Shown here: piece by piece, positions 28,021 through 40,760 of the stretch
Layout of the letters: the number at the start of each line of letters is the position of its first letter
Position numbering within the stretch: the stretch's first letter is position 1
Assembly (NCBI GenBank): GCA_009914755.4
Contig: CP068257.2
Location: 32,992,001 to 33,056,000, forward strand
Length of the DNA stretch: 64,000 nucleotides
From: the human T2T-CHM13v2.0 reference genome, Homo sapiens
Reading direction: 5' to 3'
The notes under the pieces: generated by a model
Databases searched by the model: none
Seen by the model: only the letters and a program-made list of their open reading frames with translations
Told to the model about the DNA's origin: nothing
Program-made: the position numbers and the translations under genes

Positions 28021-28966
28021 TGTAAGCTCCCTGAGGGCACGGACTGTGCGGCATTCATCATTGAACTCCCGGTGCAATAATTGGCAATAAACATTTGCCG
28101 AGTAAATGAATGAATAAACTGATGAGGATGTCAGAGTCTTGCTGCACTCTTCACAACACCCCTCTGAGGTGAGTGAGACCTCATCCATTCACTGCAACCT
28201 TCTTCTGCTTTTTCCTCTCTACAGAGCTGAAGAGACAGAAACTATTTCCCAGCCTGCCTTGCAAACAGGGCTCCACATATGATTTGGAAGCTGCTGATTA
28301 GGTGCAGCCATGAGAGAGCTGACTTTGGAACTGAATTAAGTGCGAAGGGAGTGGCAGTAAGGGTCATATATATTTTTGTTGGTGCAGATCTAGTCGGTGT
28401 GGAGGGGCCATGGGGGTAAACATTGTCATGGTAGCCCCTGATCTCCATCACAGTTGAGGTGTTACATCACTGGAAGCAAAGGTTGATTCAGAGGTCCTGG
28501 GGCTGTGCCACTTCCTGATTCTAGAGTTTTGTGCTTGAGTTAAAAGAGGTGGCTTCCCTGGTGGGTTAGTCCTGCAGTATTGTTTTATGAGTCTTTCCTG
28601 CAGGCCTCTTCTCTAGCCTGCTTCTTTGACCCATGTGAAGGTTTTGTGAGCACACTACTCCTATATGAAATCCATTTCTGCTTAAAATAGTTAGAGTGGT
28701 TCCTGTGACTGCAAGGGAACCTTGCCTGAAACAGATGGAACTATCAAGCCCATCATACAGATGCATACCTGAAAAAATGAATGGCTACTCAAGGTCATAG
28801 AGGTTGTGATGTCTCAGCTGGTGTTTGAACCCAGGTATGACCTCAGTGAAGATGAGGAAGGTTGGTCCACAAAAATGGCATTGTATCTGGACCAAAGTTG
28901 AGAACAGGATAAACTGGTAAAGGGAAGACAGAACAGTGTGGGGATGGGAACACTAAGAGAGTAGAT

Positions 28967-29418
28967 GGGCTGGGTTCAGTGACTCACGCCTGTAATTCCA
29001 GCCCTTTGGGAGGCCAGAGGATCACTTCAGCCCAGGAGTTTGCGACTAGCCTGGGCAACATAGTGAAACCCCCTTTTTATTTAAAAAAATAAAAAGGAGG
29101 AGAGAGGTGGAGCAAGATGGCAGAATAGAAGGCTCCACCCATCATCCACCCAGCAAGGCACCAATTTAACAACTATCTCCACACACATAAAAAAACACCT
29201 TTGTTAGAGCCCAGAATCAGGTGAGCACTCACAGTACCTGGTTTAAAAAACAAAAAAATTAGCTGGGTGCGGTGGTGCGCACTTGTGGTCTCAGCTGCTT
29301 GGGAGGCTGACATGGGAGGATCCCTTGAGCCCAGGAGTTTGAGGTTAGAGTGAGCTGTGGTCGTGCCTTTGCATTCCAGCCTGGGCAACAACGAGAGACC
29401 CTGTTTCAAAACCAAAAG
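28967..29418 (+). mobile_element. Composite: Alu left monomer (28967-29096) + ~150-bp L1 5'UTR-start fragment (29097-29250) + Alu right arm (29251-29418)
   Basis: gggctgggttcagtgactcacgcctgtaattccagccctttgggaggccagaggatcacttcagcccaggagtttgcgactagcctgggcaacatagtgaaacc...aaaaa | ggaggagagaggtggagcaagatggcagaatagaaggctccacccatcatccacccagcaaggcaccaatttaacaactatctccacacacataaaaaaacacc...atcaggtgagcactcacagtacctggttt | aaaaaattagctgggtgcggtggtgcgcacttgtggtctcagctgcttgggaggctgacatgggaggatcccttgagcccaggagtttgaggttagagtgagctgtggtcgtgcctttgcattccagcctgggcaacaacgagagaccctgtttcaaaacc. The middle piece matches the start of older L1 (L1PB/L1MA-type) 5'UTRs (ggaggagccaagatggccgaataggaacagctcc...). Confidence 0.65.
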
Positions 29419-30454
29419 GGAGAATGGATTACCACAGGGGCTCGACATGATCAAGTCAGTTTAGTAGGAACGACATGTGAGGCATGGCCCGGTCACAGGC
29501 ATGAAGGTTCAGAATATAGCCTGGAGTACACATGTATCCCTCTGGGCCAGGCAGAGGCTTCACATCTTGGTGAAAGGCCTGGTCGCACTTTCTCTGGGTT
29601 TCAGATGGACTGTTAATGCAAAGTTGTTTTTGTGTTTTTGCAAATCCCAGGAGCTGGTGGATGGGGATGGTGTGACCCTGTTGGAACCTGCTGGCTGGCA
29701 GCCCTCCTTCAGAGAGACACCGTTTGGAAATTACCAGAGGCCTAGAGCACCAACCCCTCCCCAGACCTTGGAAGAATTCACCATGATCCCCTGGTAGGTT
29801 CAAGTCCACAGAGGATGGATTCTGAAGGGGAACATGCAAACCCATCAGCACCAACCCAGAGCTGTTGTAATAAGTCATCACTCCTGGGGCAGGGAGACTT
29901 GACTCTTCCCCTGATGATTAGGAGTTTTGTTGTCTTTTGATGTTCCCAGGCCAGATGCCACAGTTATATTAGCAAAAGAACTCAAATAACCCTGAATAGA
30001 AGAAAGAGGAGACTCTCGTTATGATGCACCAATGATTGGTAAAGGTGACTTCCCACAGTGCTGTTTTGTTACAGGGCAATTTGCCAGGGTTGTTGAGGCC
30101 ACCATGTTACTCCCAGCACTACAGTGAGATATATATATGTACTTACTGGAAGATCTGCAATAGTGTAAGATGTACTATTGCCTCTTTGAGCTTTTGGACA
30201 GATGTGTGGCTTTAAGAACTGTTGTGCACCCTGCGCCAGACAGCCAACTCATCGGAGACCCCGAGGAAACAGTCAGTCAATTGGTAAAGGTGACCATACA
30301 TATCCTTATTCCCATGGGAATTCAGGTGCTTGGTTTATCAGAGTAGATTGTCACTAAAAATGTCCAAACTCTCTGATCATCTTTTTTTTTCACCCTCACC
30401 ACCCCCATGTTGATTTCAGACTTCTAGTCTCTGGAACTGCAAGATAATAAATTT

Positions 30455-31100
30455 CTGTTTTTTAAAAAAATTGTGGCAAAATATGTATAATATTTATCAT
30501 TTTAACCATTTGTAAGCATCCAATCCGGTGGCATTAAATACATTCCCAGTGTTGTGTAACCATCATCACTATCTGTACCTAAAATATTTTCCCCCATTGT
30601 TAACTCTGTACTCATTAAACAACAGCTCTGCCTCTCCACCCCGCCAACCCCTGCCCCTAGTAACTTCTATTCTACTTTCTATCTCTATGAATTTGACTAT
30701 TCTAGGTCCCTCATATAAGTGCAGTTACAAGACATTTGTCTTTCTGTGCCTGGCTTATTTCACTTAGCACAATATTTTCAAAGCTCATCCATGCTGCAGC
30801 ATGTATCAGAATTTCATTCCTCTTGATGGCTAAACAATGTTCCATCGCATGTGCATACTACATTTTGTTATCCATTTAACTGTTAATGGACACTGGGGTT
30901 GTTTTTACCTTTTGGCTATCGTGAATAATGTTGTCACAGACGTTGGTGTGAAAATACTGGTTTGAGTTTCACTTTCAGTTCTTTTGGATATATACTCAGA
31001 ATTAGAGTTGCTGAGTCATAGGATAATTCTATGTTTAATTTTTTGACGAACCACCAAACTTTTCTACAGCAGTTGCACTGTTTAATATTCTATTTTATTT
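30455..31100 (-). mobile_element. Ancient L1 (L1M-type) 3'-end fragment, minus orientation
   Basis: ttaaaaaaattgtggcaaaatatgtataatatttatcattttaaccatttgtaagc...ctagtaacttctattctactttctatctctatgaatttgactattctaggtccctcatataagtgcagttacaagacatttgtctttctgtgcctggcttatttcacttagcacaatattttcaaagctcatccatgctgcagcatgtatcagaatttcattcctcttgatggctaaacaatgttccatcgcatgtgc...tttggatatatactcagaattagagttgctgagtcataggataattctatgtttaattttttgacgaaccaccaaac is the reverse complement of the L1 ORF2 C-terminal region and 3'UTR. Confidence 0.85.
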
Positions 31101-33600
31101 TTCTTTTCTTAAGCAAAAAAGGGAATATGTTGGGCTCATGTAACAGAAAAGTTTGGGGTGGAACCAATATAGCTTGCTTCAGGAGTCTCTTAATCTCTCT
31201 GATCTCTCTCCATCTCGTCCCTGCCCCCTCCCACTGCATGCCTTTCTCAGGCTCCACGTGGTGACGAGATGGTTGCAGCAGCTCACACAACCTGTTCTAT
31301 TCAAGTTCATGTCCATTGACTCTGTGAGATCATTGGAGAAACTTTAGGGTTCTGGCTTACTAGAAGGGTGACTAGATTCTGGATGGCAAAGAGGACAGTT
31401 GTCCCCTACACCTTTCCCACTCCTTTAAATTTCCCCCACCTCAGGACAGCTTCAGCCTCTCCAGCCCAGCTCCATGTCCATAAACCTTCTGGTGTTCAGG
31501 AACTCAACTTCTCCATCACTTTTAATTCTTCCTTCTTGCTTGAACTGCACATCCAATCAGTTCCACTGCCCTGCCAATTCTTGCTTTGAAAATAGTTTTT
31601 CCTCTGAGTCACTTCCATGGAAAGCATTCATGATTCAGGTCCGCGTAAAGTGGTTACTACAAGTGCCTCAGATGCTGGCAGTGATAATGCATCCTGGGAG
31701 GTCTACACTGGTAAAATCGTCACCTAACAGGGGGACGGGCTGTCTGTAGAAGTCTCTAAGATGGGTTGGTTCCTTTGAGGCTGGAAATTAAAAAAAAATA
31801 AAATTTAAAAAAAAGTTTTCCTGTATTAGGCTGACTTGTCCCAGAGGCAGCAACAGGCACAGCCCAGACCCAGGAAAGGTCCTAATAATGTTATCTAATG
31901 TGCTCTGAAGACTCTCCCAGCACTCCCTCAACATAGAAAAAAAAATTTCCTTTGTTTTATGAAATGAGTTTGTAGGTTCCTCTTCTCTGTAACTAGTGAC
32001 TTCAAGTATTCTGTTTTCTCTAAGAAGTACAACAAAGGTCATAAGAAGCTTGAGTAGGCCCAAACTACAGCTGCCTGGGCACCATAGTAAAGGTTATAGG
32101 ATAAGCCCATGCCCAGGCAAAACTAGATAACGGACATCTGGGTTGCTTGGCAATGGTCATGTGCAATCCTGTCTTTGTCCTGCCTCAGTATCCCTGCTTT
32201 CATGCCACTGTAAGCTTACTTCAAGCTAGCCCACCCCCTTTTGTAAAGTGTGTATAAAAGTCAGGTGCTGTCTTTGTTCTGGGCCCAGTCTTTTGGACGT
32301 TGAGTCAGCTGGGCCCGAGTACACTCAGTAAAAACTCTCCTGTTTCAACCTGAGGTCTCTCTCGTCCTCCTGAATCCTGCACCACCTTCTCCAGATTAAT
32401 GTAAGCTTGGTCTTAGGAAGTCTCAGTGGACCTACTGAACTTAGGAGAAACCTGTGGCTTAGGCAATATTTAGAACAGCTGAAGAAAGATCAAGGGAACA
32501 GCATGGAGTCTAGAATTTTTTTAAAAAGGGAGAAGGTCAGAAAGTGTTGGACACAGCATCTCAGCACCCAGGGCCATTGAGGCTGGCACTGTGTTTTCTG
32601 ACTTCTCTCATAATCGATGATAAATGCCTCTTTGTACCCCTAGTCCATGTTTTCCAAGAAACCTACTGATTATGAATTGACTTCCCAGATACCTGGATGG
32701 CAGAAAAGCAGTGCCTTGGGTGGTAGCCTAGAGTGCCCCGGGATCTGTTACAAAAGTCCATTGCTCAGATCATTAGTAGAGAGGAAAAGGCACCTTGAAG
32801 GGCTTGAGAGCAGGTGCAGGGCTCACAGTAAAGCATGGTCCCCACCCACAAGGCAAAGCTTCAGGATGTGAACCCAGACTCATCAGTCACCCACCTGCTG
32901 CCTAGTCATGTGTGATGCCTTTGGGGCAGGCTTCCTTCCCTTAATGTGCAGATTCAAGTCCCCACCTGCCTTTGGTCATGTTGTGATTCCTCACAATGTC
33001 CAAAGGTCTCAAATCTTTGGCTTGAATGGGCTCACTTCAAAGACCTACAGAGCTGAGCTTGGTATTGAAGCCACAGAATCAAAAGTTTTTGTATCTCAGT
33101 TGCAAGACCTGTGAGGCAGAGGTGGTCACTAGAGCCACAGCACGCTAGTGGAACACCAGCCCTGGGACTTTCTCTGTTCTCGCTCACTCCCTCACTTTTC
33201 ACTTTCTTTAGCCATGGCTGGCTGACAGTGCGTGCAACTTCCAGTCCCTAGGGAACCAAGAAGGAGTGCTCAAACCTACAGCCTCCTGGGTTGGTTCCCA
33301 GCTAGGAGAGAGCACCAGCGGCAAGTCCTGCCTGGCTCTGGGTGCTGGGTGCCACCATCACATGTGCCATGGGTGATGGGTGTGGTTGGCTGTGAATGGA
33401 AATGCACGTGGTGGAATGATCCCAGGACTCAGCCCTATAGCAGAGACCAGTCTGCACACTTCCTGCCCATGGTGTGGCTGAATGATAGGGAGACAACCAC
33501 AGTGACCACAGGAATGACTATTACGCCTGGCAATTTATTCAGATATCAGTGAGAGCATTGGATGTCTCTCTAGATGCACGTTAGAGGGTTCAGGCCTATT

Positions 33601-33722
33601 TTAGTTTATTTTTGAGACTGGGTCCAGTTATGTTGCCCAGGCTGGTCTTGAACTTTTGGGCTCAAGAGATCCTCAGCCTCCTGAGCTGGGATTACATGTG
33701 TGCACCACCGCATCTGGCTGGG
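33601..33722 (-). mobile_element. Free Alu monomer / Alu left-arm fragment, minus orientation
   Basis: ttttagtttatttttgagactgggtccagttatgttgcccaggctggtcttgaacttttgggctcaagagatcctcagcctcctgagctgggattacatgtgtgcaccaccgcatctggctggg. Confidence 0.75.
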
Positions 33723-34704
33723 TTTTTTGTCACAAAAATTGTAGCAAAAGAATTGTACCTATGTTCATTTATTTTACCTTCCAAGTCCTTTTTCCATTAC
33801 CATTTATGATCTTATAAAATGCCCCCTAGTGAACAAGCCTGGCTGCTAATTTATACCCTTTCCTCTGAAGAGCCCCTCTACGGTAGAAGAGTATTAATGA
33901 CACTTGCAGGGAAGCATGATGTTGCCATGATATGAATAGCTGGATGTTGCCTTTGGGGGTCAGAACCTAGAGATGATGCTCAGAGTAGACTGCCACTGAG
34001 GGACTCAGGGATCCAGGAACAGCCTAGGAAAGAAGAAGACAACAGGAAACTCTAGAATTCTGCTCAGAGACACCATCTCTGCTGTTTTTCTCTGGACTCA
34101 TTGGAGACCAGAGCTAGAGGTCTCTCATCTCCCTCTTTCCTGGCCTGCGTGTCCCAACACAACGTGTGCTTGCGTGTGTACCCCATCTCACCCTTTTTTA
34201 CTCTTCTCTCTCTCTTCCTTTTTTCACTTGAAACTGTCCCCTGGAAACCATTCCATAGTGATATAGGGAACAATTACTCACTCATCTCCATTGCGCGCAT
34301 ATATCCTGATTTACTCAACCAGTTTCTAACTTAACCAGTTCCTTATTGACGGACATTTGGTTTGTTTCCTGCCTTTTGCTAATAAAAACAGCACTTCAGT
34401 GAGTAGCTTGTGCACATATCTCCTTTGCATTTTTGGCCAGTGTACTTTTGAGAAAGGTTCCTAGGAGTGGGATTGCTGGGTCAAAGAGCAAATGCTTATA
34501 CAATTTTGCTGGATAACGTCAAACTCCCCTGTATAGTATAATACCACGCAATTCACAGTTTTCATTATATGTTTCTTTCTCTTATGCTGTTAAACCAGAA
34601 ACTTTATGTTTAACTTATTGGCACAAGATTCCATTAAGAGAAAAATTATATGGACAGACTAAGATTTTAGTTCCCATTACAGGTTTTATTCAATGTATCT
34701 GTGA

Positions 34705-35008
<304 letters not shown>

Positions 35009-36074
35009 CGTGAGCCACCGCGCCCGGCCGAAATGAAGTTTTTATGAGTTCATGAAAACAAGCCAATTTAGCTACTAAGTTACCTCTTACAAAGGGGCCC
35101 TAATGCCATAATTTCAGTGTTCACAGCTGGCTATTTCAGCATCGTTAAAACTATTGCACTTTGAAATTATTTCAGTGAAAAAATGCGTGCTGTCCCCAGG
35201 GGGAAGAATCCTGGTACTGAAGTGTCCTCTGATGGCATTGCATGTTCCTCAAATCCTAGAGAAATGGAAAACTCCCTCCTGGACAGGGCATTGAATTTCC
35301 TCCAGCATGAAGTCCCCTTTTTGCTGATGAATCCCACTTTGCTCCCAAATCTAGGACTCAGGGTTCTGTTTGCCTTACATCACCTCCAAAGGAAGCCGGC
35401 TGGCACCAAGGGCCAGCCCCTGGAAACTTGGGAAGCGTTTGATTCCACTTATCTGAGCACAGAAGCAGCATGCCAGCCTGCCTGATACAGTCAGGTGCGT
35501 CATGAATTCCAAGGCTGACCCACCAAATCAGGGAGCTTGGGTCCCATGATCTAGGGCTTTTGCCAGCAAGTCAAGGCCTTAAATTCCTGGAGGCTGATCA
35601 CCTGCCAAAAACCACTTCACAGATGAACGTGTCCTGAAAGGGGGCTTATATACCTTGGATATATGATCCGCCCTCCTGACAAGCCACAGCAGCACTTAAA
35701 AAGGCTTGTGAAGGGATGATGCCAGTGGAAGAAAACAGGAACTTTGACCTCCCAGAGCCTATGGATACCAAGAAGGGATCAGATGACTGATTTTTTCAAA
35801 AGCTTCCTGGTGGAATAAATGCATTTCACAGGTAAGCCCTGGAACAAAACAAGGCTCACTGAAACGAGTCCATTGTTGGCTTCAGTAAAGTCTAAAGGGA
35901 AGGTTGGGCCTTTTTAAAGAAATAGGGTCTACATCAGTTGTGAAAATTTTACAAGAAGCATGTGAAACATGCATGAAGTACAGTGTAGGAGGTATATGAA
36001 TCAGCCAGAATGGAGTTTTAATAAAGACGCTGCAGATTCATTAAGAAGAGAATTCATTAGAAAAACCCTGAGTT

Positions 36075-36407
<333 letters not shown>

Positions 36408-36451
36408 TTAACGTTTGGAAATCTGAATTGCTAATCTCTTTAAAAAAAACA

Positions 36452-36763
36452 TTTTTTCTTTCTTTATTATTATTATTATTTTAAGACAGAATCTCTCACT
36501 CTGTCACCCAGGCTGGAGTTCAGTGGTGTGGTCTTGACTCACTGCAAACTCCACCTCCTGGGTTCAAGTGATTCTCCTGCCTGTCTCCTGAGTAGCTGGG
36601 ATTATAGGCGAGTGCCACCATGCCTCGCTAATTTTTGTATTTTTAGTAGAGACAAGGTTTCACCATTTTGGCCAGGCTGGTCTTGAACTCCTGACCTCAG
36701 GTGATCCACCTGTCTTGGCCTCCCAAAGTGCAGGGATTACAGGCGTGAGCCACTTCGCCCGGC
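36452..36763 (-). mobile_element. Alu (AluS-like), minus orientation, with (ATT)n in tail
   Basis: ttttttctttctttattattattattattttaagacagaatctctcactctgtcacccaggctggagttcagtggtgtggtcttgactcactgcaaactccacctcctgggttcaagtgattctcctgcc...gcagggattacaggcgtgagccacttcgcccggc. Confidence 0.9.
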
Positions 36764-37277
36764 TAAAAATAATATTATTTTTGAATTGGTAATCAGTGCA
36801 CAGGAATCAAAAGTCAAAAACACTCTACAAAAGTATTCACAGAGTTGAATCATTCCCACCCTCACACTTTCCCCTACATAACCATTTAGATCAATTTCTT
36901 GTTTACTCTTTCAGTGTTTCTTTAAGTAAATATAAGCAGTTCTTTTTTTGTTATTTTCGCAGCATTGAGCCGCCAGCCAACTCTGGCCAGTGGTGCCCTG
37001 TAGCCTTTCTGGGAATGTGGGAAAGGAAAGAAGAGAAAGCCTTGAGCAACACTGGCTGGTCGCATGGTACCAGTAGTACTCCCCCACATGCTGTGACAAC
37101 CAAAAATGTCTCCAGACATTGGCACATTGCCCCTGGTTGAGAATTGCTGGTGGAAAAAAATCACAGCCCCGCAGTTGGTCAGGCCCTTTTCAGACAACAC
37201 CCCCCACTCCATTACTCTTTGATGTTGAGCCCAGCACAATTTTCAGGTCCTGGACTCCCAAGGTTGGAGCCTCCACT

Positions 37278-37323
37278 TTTCAGGAAGCGGTTGCATTCGA
37301 TTTCAGGAAGCGGTTGCATTAGA
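37278..37323. repeat. 23-bp tandem duplication (tttcaggaagcggttgcattcga x2, one mismatch)
   Basis: tttcaggaagcggttgcattcgatttcaggaagcggttgcattaga read directly. Confidence 0.9.
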
Positions 37324-37534
37324 TTTGTAGAGAGTGGGGGCCAAGGCATCATCCAGGCCACCTTCATCCCCTGGGACTGCTACTGCATCCTCCTAACTCA
37401 TCTCCTGCGTGTTCTACATGCACAGCGGTCCATACCACCCCACAGTGGGCAGCCCCTTGGGGTGCCTTAATGCTCTTCGGATAAAGCCCAGACTTTCTGA
37501 TGGGGCTTGTGGGGCCCTTCAAAGTGCAGTCCTT

Positions 37535-37845
37535 GGCTGGGTGTGTAGCTCATGCCTATAATCCCAATACCTTGGGAGGCTGAGGTGGGAGGATCATTTG
37601 AGGCCAGGAGTTCGAGACCAGCGTGGGCAACACAGTGAGACCCCATTTCTACAAATAATAGAAAATAAAAAATTAGCCAAGAGTGGTGGCTTGTGCCTCT
37701 AGTCCCAGCTACTCGGGAGGCTAAGGCAGGAAGATTGCTTGAACCCAGGAGTGCAAGACTTTAGTGAGCCATGATTGCACCACTGTACCTCCAACCTGGT
37801 CAAGAGAGTGAGACCCTGTCTCTAAAAATGAAAGAAATTTAAAAG
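37535..37845 (+). mobile_element. Alu (older, AluJ-like)
   Basis: ggctgggtgtgtagctcatgcctataatcccaataccttgggaggctgaggtgggaggatcatttgaggccaggagttcgagaccagcgtgggcaacacagtgagaccccatttctacaaataatagaaaataaaaaattagccaagagtggtggcttgtgcctctagtcccagctactcgggaggctaaggcaggaagattgcttgaacccaggagtgcaagactttagtgagccatgattgcaccactgtacctccaacctggtcaagagagtgagaccctgtctctaaaaatgaaag. Confidence 0.9.
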
Positions 37846-38693
37846 GTAAGAACCAAGGGAAGTCCTTGCCTGCCTCTCCAGGCCTCTCAGTTGCCTGCTG
37901 TCCCTGTTCACACTTGGCTCCATCCTCACTGAGACAACTTTTTTCCCTGGCATACTCCTTGCTCTGGGTTTTTCCCATGCCCTTTCCTTGCCTGGAATGC
38001 CATCTCCCACCTTTTTCCTGGCCAGCAAAACCTCTATTCATCCTTCAGGTGTACCTCAGAGCTGACCAACCCTCCCCACATCTACCTGGCCTGGCCCTGG
38101 GTCCCAGTTGGGCACTCCTCCTAAATACTCCTAGATATGCAGAACATTTACTTCCTCATGTTGTCATTGTTTGTCTAATTGTCTGAAGCCCCCCAGGAAT
38201 GTGGCTGCACAAGGACATAGACTAGATGGCCTTGTGACCCCTGTGTCCCTGGCCCCAGCACAGTGGCTGGCAACCAGCAGGTCCCAGTGCATGACTGCTA
38301 AATGCATGCACACATGGCACAATGCTTGCAACCAGGCACATGCTTCCCCAGCCTTAGGAAGGGTTACGTTCATGGGGTTAGGTTCACAGACGCTGGAGCC
38401 AGGCTGTCTGGGTACACTCTGCACTGTGGGGCTCTACCACTTCCCGACGGTGTGCCCTTGGGCAAATTGCTTACCTTCTCTATCCCACATCTTTACATCG
38501 TTAGCATTTACGTCAAGGATTATATTAATCATATGAGCTAATGTATGTTATGTGTTTATAGTAGTGCCTGGCATATCGTCAGCACCATAAAAGAGTTTGC
38601 TGTTCTAGCTTCAAAACTCTTCATAGAACTTACACTCGGTAACAGGATAAGAATTTTGATTTCAGGAGGGATGGCAGGTGATGGGATGATGAA

Positions 38694-38737
38694 GGGAGGG
38701 AGACTGGGCAGATTGGAGGGAGACTGGGCAGATTGGG
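38694..38737. repeat. ~20-bp tandem duplication (gagggagactgggcagattg x2)
   Basis: gggagggagactgggcagattggagggagactgggcagattgggag read directly. Confidence 0.9.
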
Positions 38738-39604
38738 AGTTCCTCATGTGTAAGAGGAAACCAAGAGCCTGCAATTCTCAAGTATAACATTACGCCCTCA
38801 GAGAAGTGGGTGGGAAGATTCCAGAGACTTGCTCATTTTACAAACATTTATGGTAGATTGATTTGGGGTCCAAGAAAGGAGAATGAAACTCTCTTTTTTC
38901 CATCCTCTCCTTTCGGCCCTCTCTTCCCAGGACTCACATGAATGAACGTCTCTGGACACCTAATCACCATTTATCAATCTCACTTCTATGAGAAAAACAC
39001 ATTTCAAGTACCTACCCTCCAGCTTGTCAACAAATTCATTAAAAAAGAAGGGAACATCAGTTATATAAAGCCATGGTGTTTTTGCCTTACTCTCAAGCTT
39101 TTGGATGAAATGGAAAAGTTAAATCCGCCCGGGAGGCATTTCTAACTCTCCACATTTAGCCACGGAATAGTTAGACTAATACCTGAATTCTCCATTTACA
39201 TTTTCAGCTTGCATTCACAGATCTGGAGTCATAGAGAAATTACTGGTGTGGTGTCAAGTCTAAGTTTTAATGCCTTGAGGGGAAGCAACTTCACAATTCT
39301 GAACAAGGTTATCATGAGTGGAGGAGAAACATTCTCCTGGTTCTTGAGCCGGAGTTCATGAGCTCACACTTTGGCAGATCTCATCACTGATCATTTGAGC
39401 TCACACAGCTCCAAATACAATGGAAACCACTGGGTTATTTGTCAGCTGTTGAGTTCATTTGGTTGTTTAAACAATGCAATCATGCCAGTGGAGTGGGGGC
39501 AGGCAGACAGCAAACACTGGCTCCGTGCAAACCTGTGCTCCGTGCCCCGAACAAGGCAAGGGCAATGTTGGCCTGATGTAAGGGTTCTGCTGGGCACCTG
39601 CTGT

Positions 39605-39760
39605 CTCAGACACCTCGGTTGAACTCCTAGCTCTGCTGCTTTCCAGAGTTATTTGATGCTGCAGAACGTCAGTCTGCTTATCTGTAAAATGGGCATAGTG
39701 ATTTTAATTACCTCACAGAGGCCTAAAAGGGAGGAGTGATATAATCCACAGGAAGAGCTC
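39605..39760 (+). mobile_element. MIR fragment
   Basis: ...ctagctctgctgctttccagagttatttgatgctgcagaacgtcagtctgcttatctgtaaaatgggcatagtgattttaattacctcacagaggcctaaaagggaggag... matches the MIR core cagtttcctcatctgtaaaatggggataataatacctacctcacagggttgttgtgagg. Confidence 0.65.
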
Positions 39761-40464
39761 AGCATATTAAATAATCATGACCCACTAGCTATGACTGCTA
39801 CTGTCTCTGGGGGTTCAAGAGCAGACAGTAGAATCATACCAGGGGAGAGACCTGACTAGTATGAGCCCCTTGTTGGGCTTTTGGACTTTGAAACAGGGTG
39901 AGGAATGAAGCAGAGAGAGGGATGATAAATTGCTTTGCACAATAAATGAAGAGGGATTTGGGGGTTGCAAGCGGGCAAGCTGAGAGAGGATTCGGGATGA
40001 CATGGGCAGGGACCAGCCCCCAACCCGCTGCCCATCACTGGCCCCAAACCTTGAGTGAGCATCTCCCATAGCAAGGAGCTGTGGATCCTAGTTTTCCAGG
40101 ATAGCCTCATGGTTTGCACCTGTGGCCCCAGAGTAATCACTTTCACTTTCAGAAGTGTTTGGGTTTGGCTATAAATTACGTCCTAACTATGTCCAACTGC
40201 CTTCTGGGAGGTGGTATGTTAGAAAAACCACAGAAAAGAGGCTGCATTCACCTGGGCTAAGACAAGGAGGAGCGAAGAGAGTAGCAGGTGGAGGTAGGGT
40301 TGAGATGGGGCAGATGCAGGTGGTTAGAGCAGAGGGAGCCAGGTGAGACTGAGAGAGAGCTAGAAGATGAGGAATACTCAGGTAACTAGCATATGGATTA
40401 CATTTAGAGTATTTTAAGATACAATTCACATATATTGAAACACAAAAATTTTATAAGCCCCCAA

Positions 40465-40760
40465 AGTCCCCTGTCCCTCTTTGTTGGCAATCCTTGTTCC
40501 CCGCTTTCTACCCTTGGCCAACCAATGATGGTTTAGACTTGGAAATAGTGTCTTATAAGTGGAATCACATGGTATGCAGCCTTTTGAGTCTGCCTTTTTC
40601 TACTTTTCATAAATGCACTTGTAGTTGATCTGTCTTGTTGCAAGTATCTGTAGCTTATTCTTTTTTAATACTGAAACATCTGTTTATCCATTCCCCAGTT
40701 CTAAGACTTTTAGGTTGTTTTCATTAATTGTCTTATTTTGGCAAATCAGTTCACCTGTGT
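40465..40760 (-). mobile_element. Ancient L1 (L1M-type) fragment, minus orientation
   Basis: ...tggccaaccaatgatggtttagacttggaaatagtgtcttataagtggaatcacatggtatgcagccttttgagtctgcctttttctacttttcataaatgcacttgtagttgatctgtcttgttgcaagtatctgtagcttattcttttttaatactgaaacatctgtttatccattccccagttctaagacttttaggttgttttc parallels the reverse-complemented L1 segment ...cctggcaaccaccattctactttctgtctctatgaatttgactactctaggtacctcatataagtggaatcatacagtatttgtcc...tgtttatccattcatctgttgatggacacttgggttgtttcc. Confidence 0.65.
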
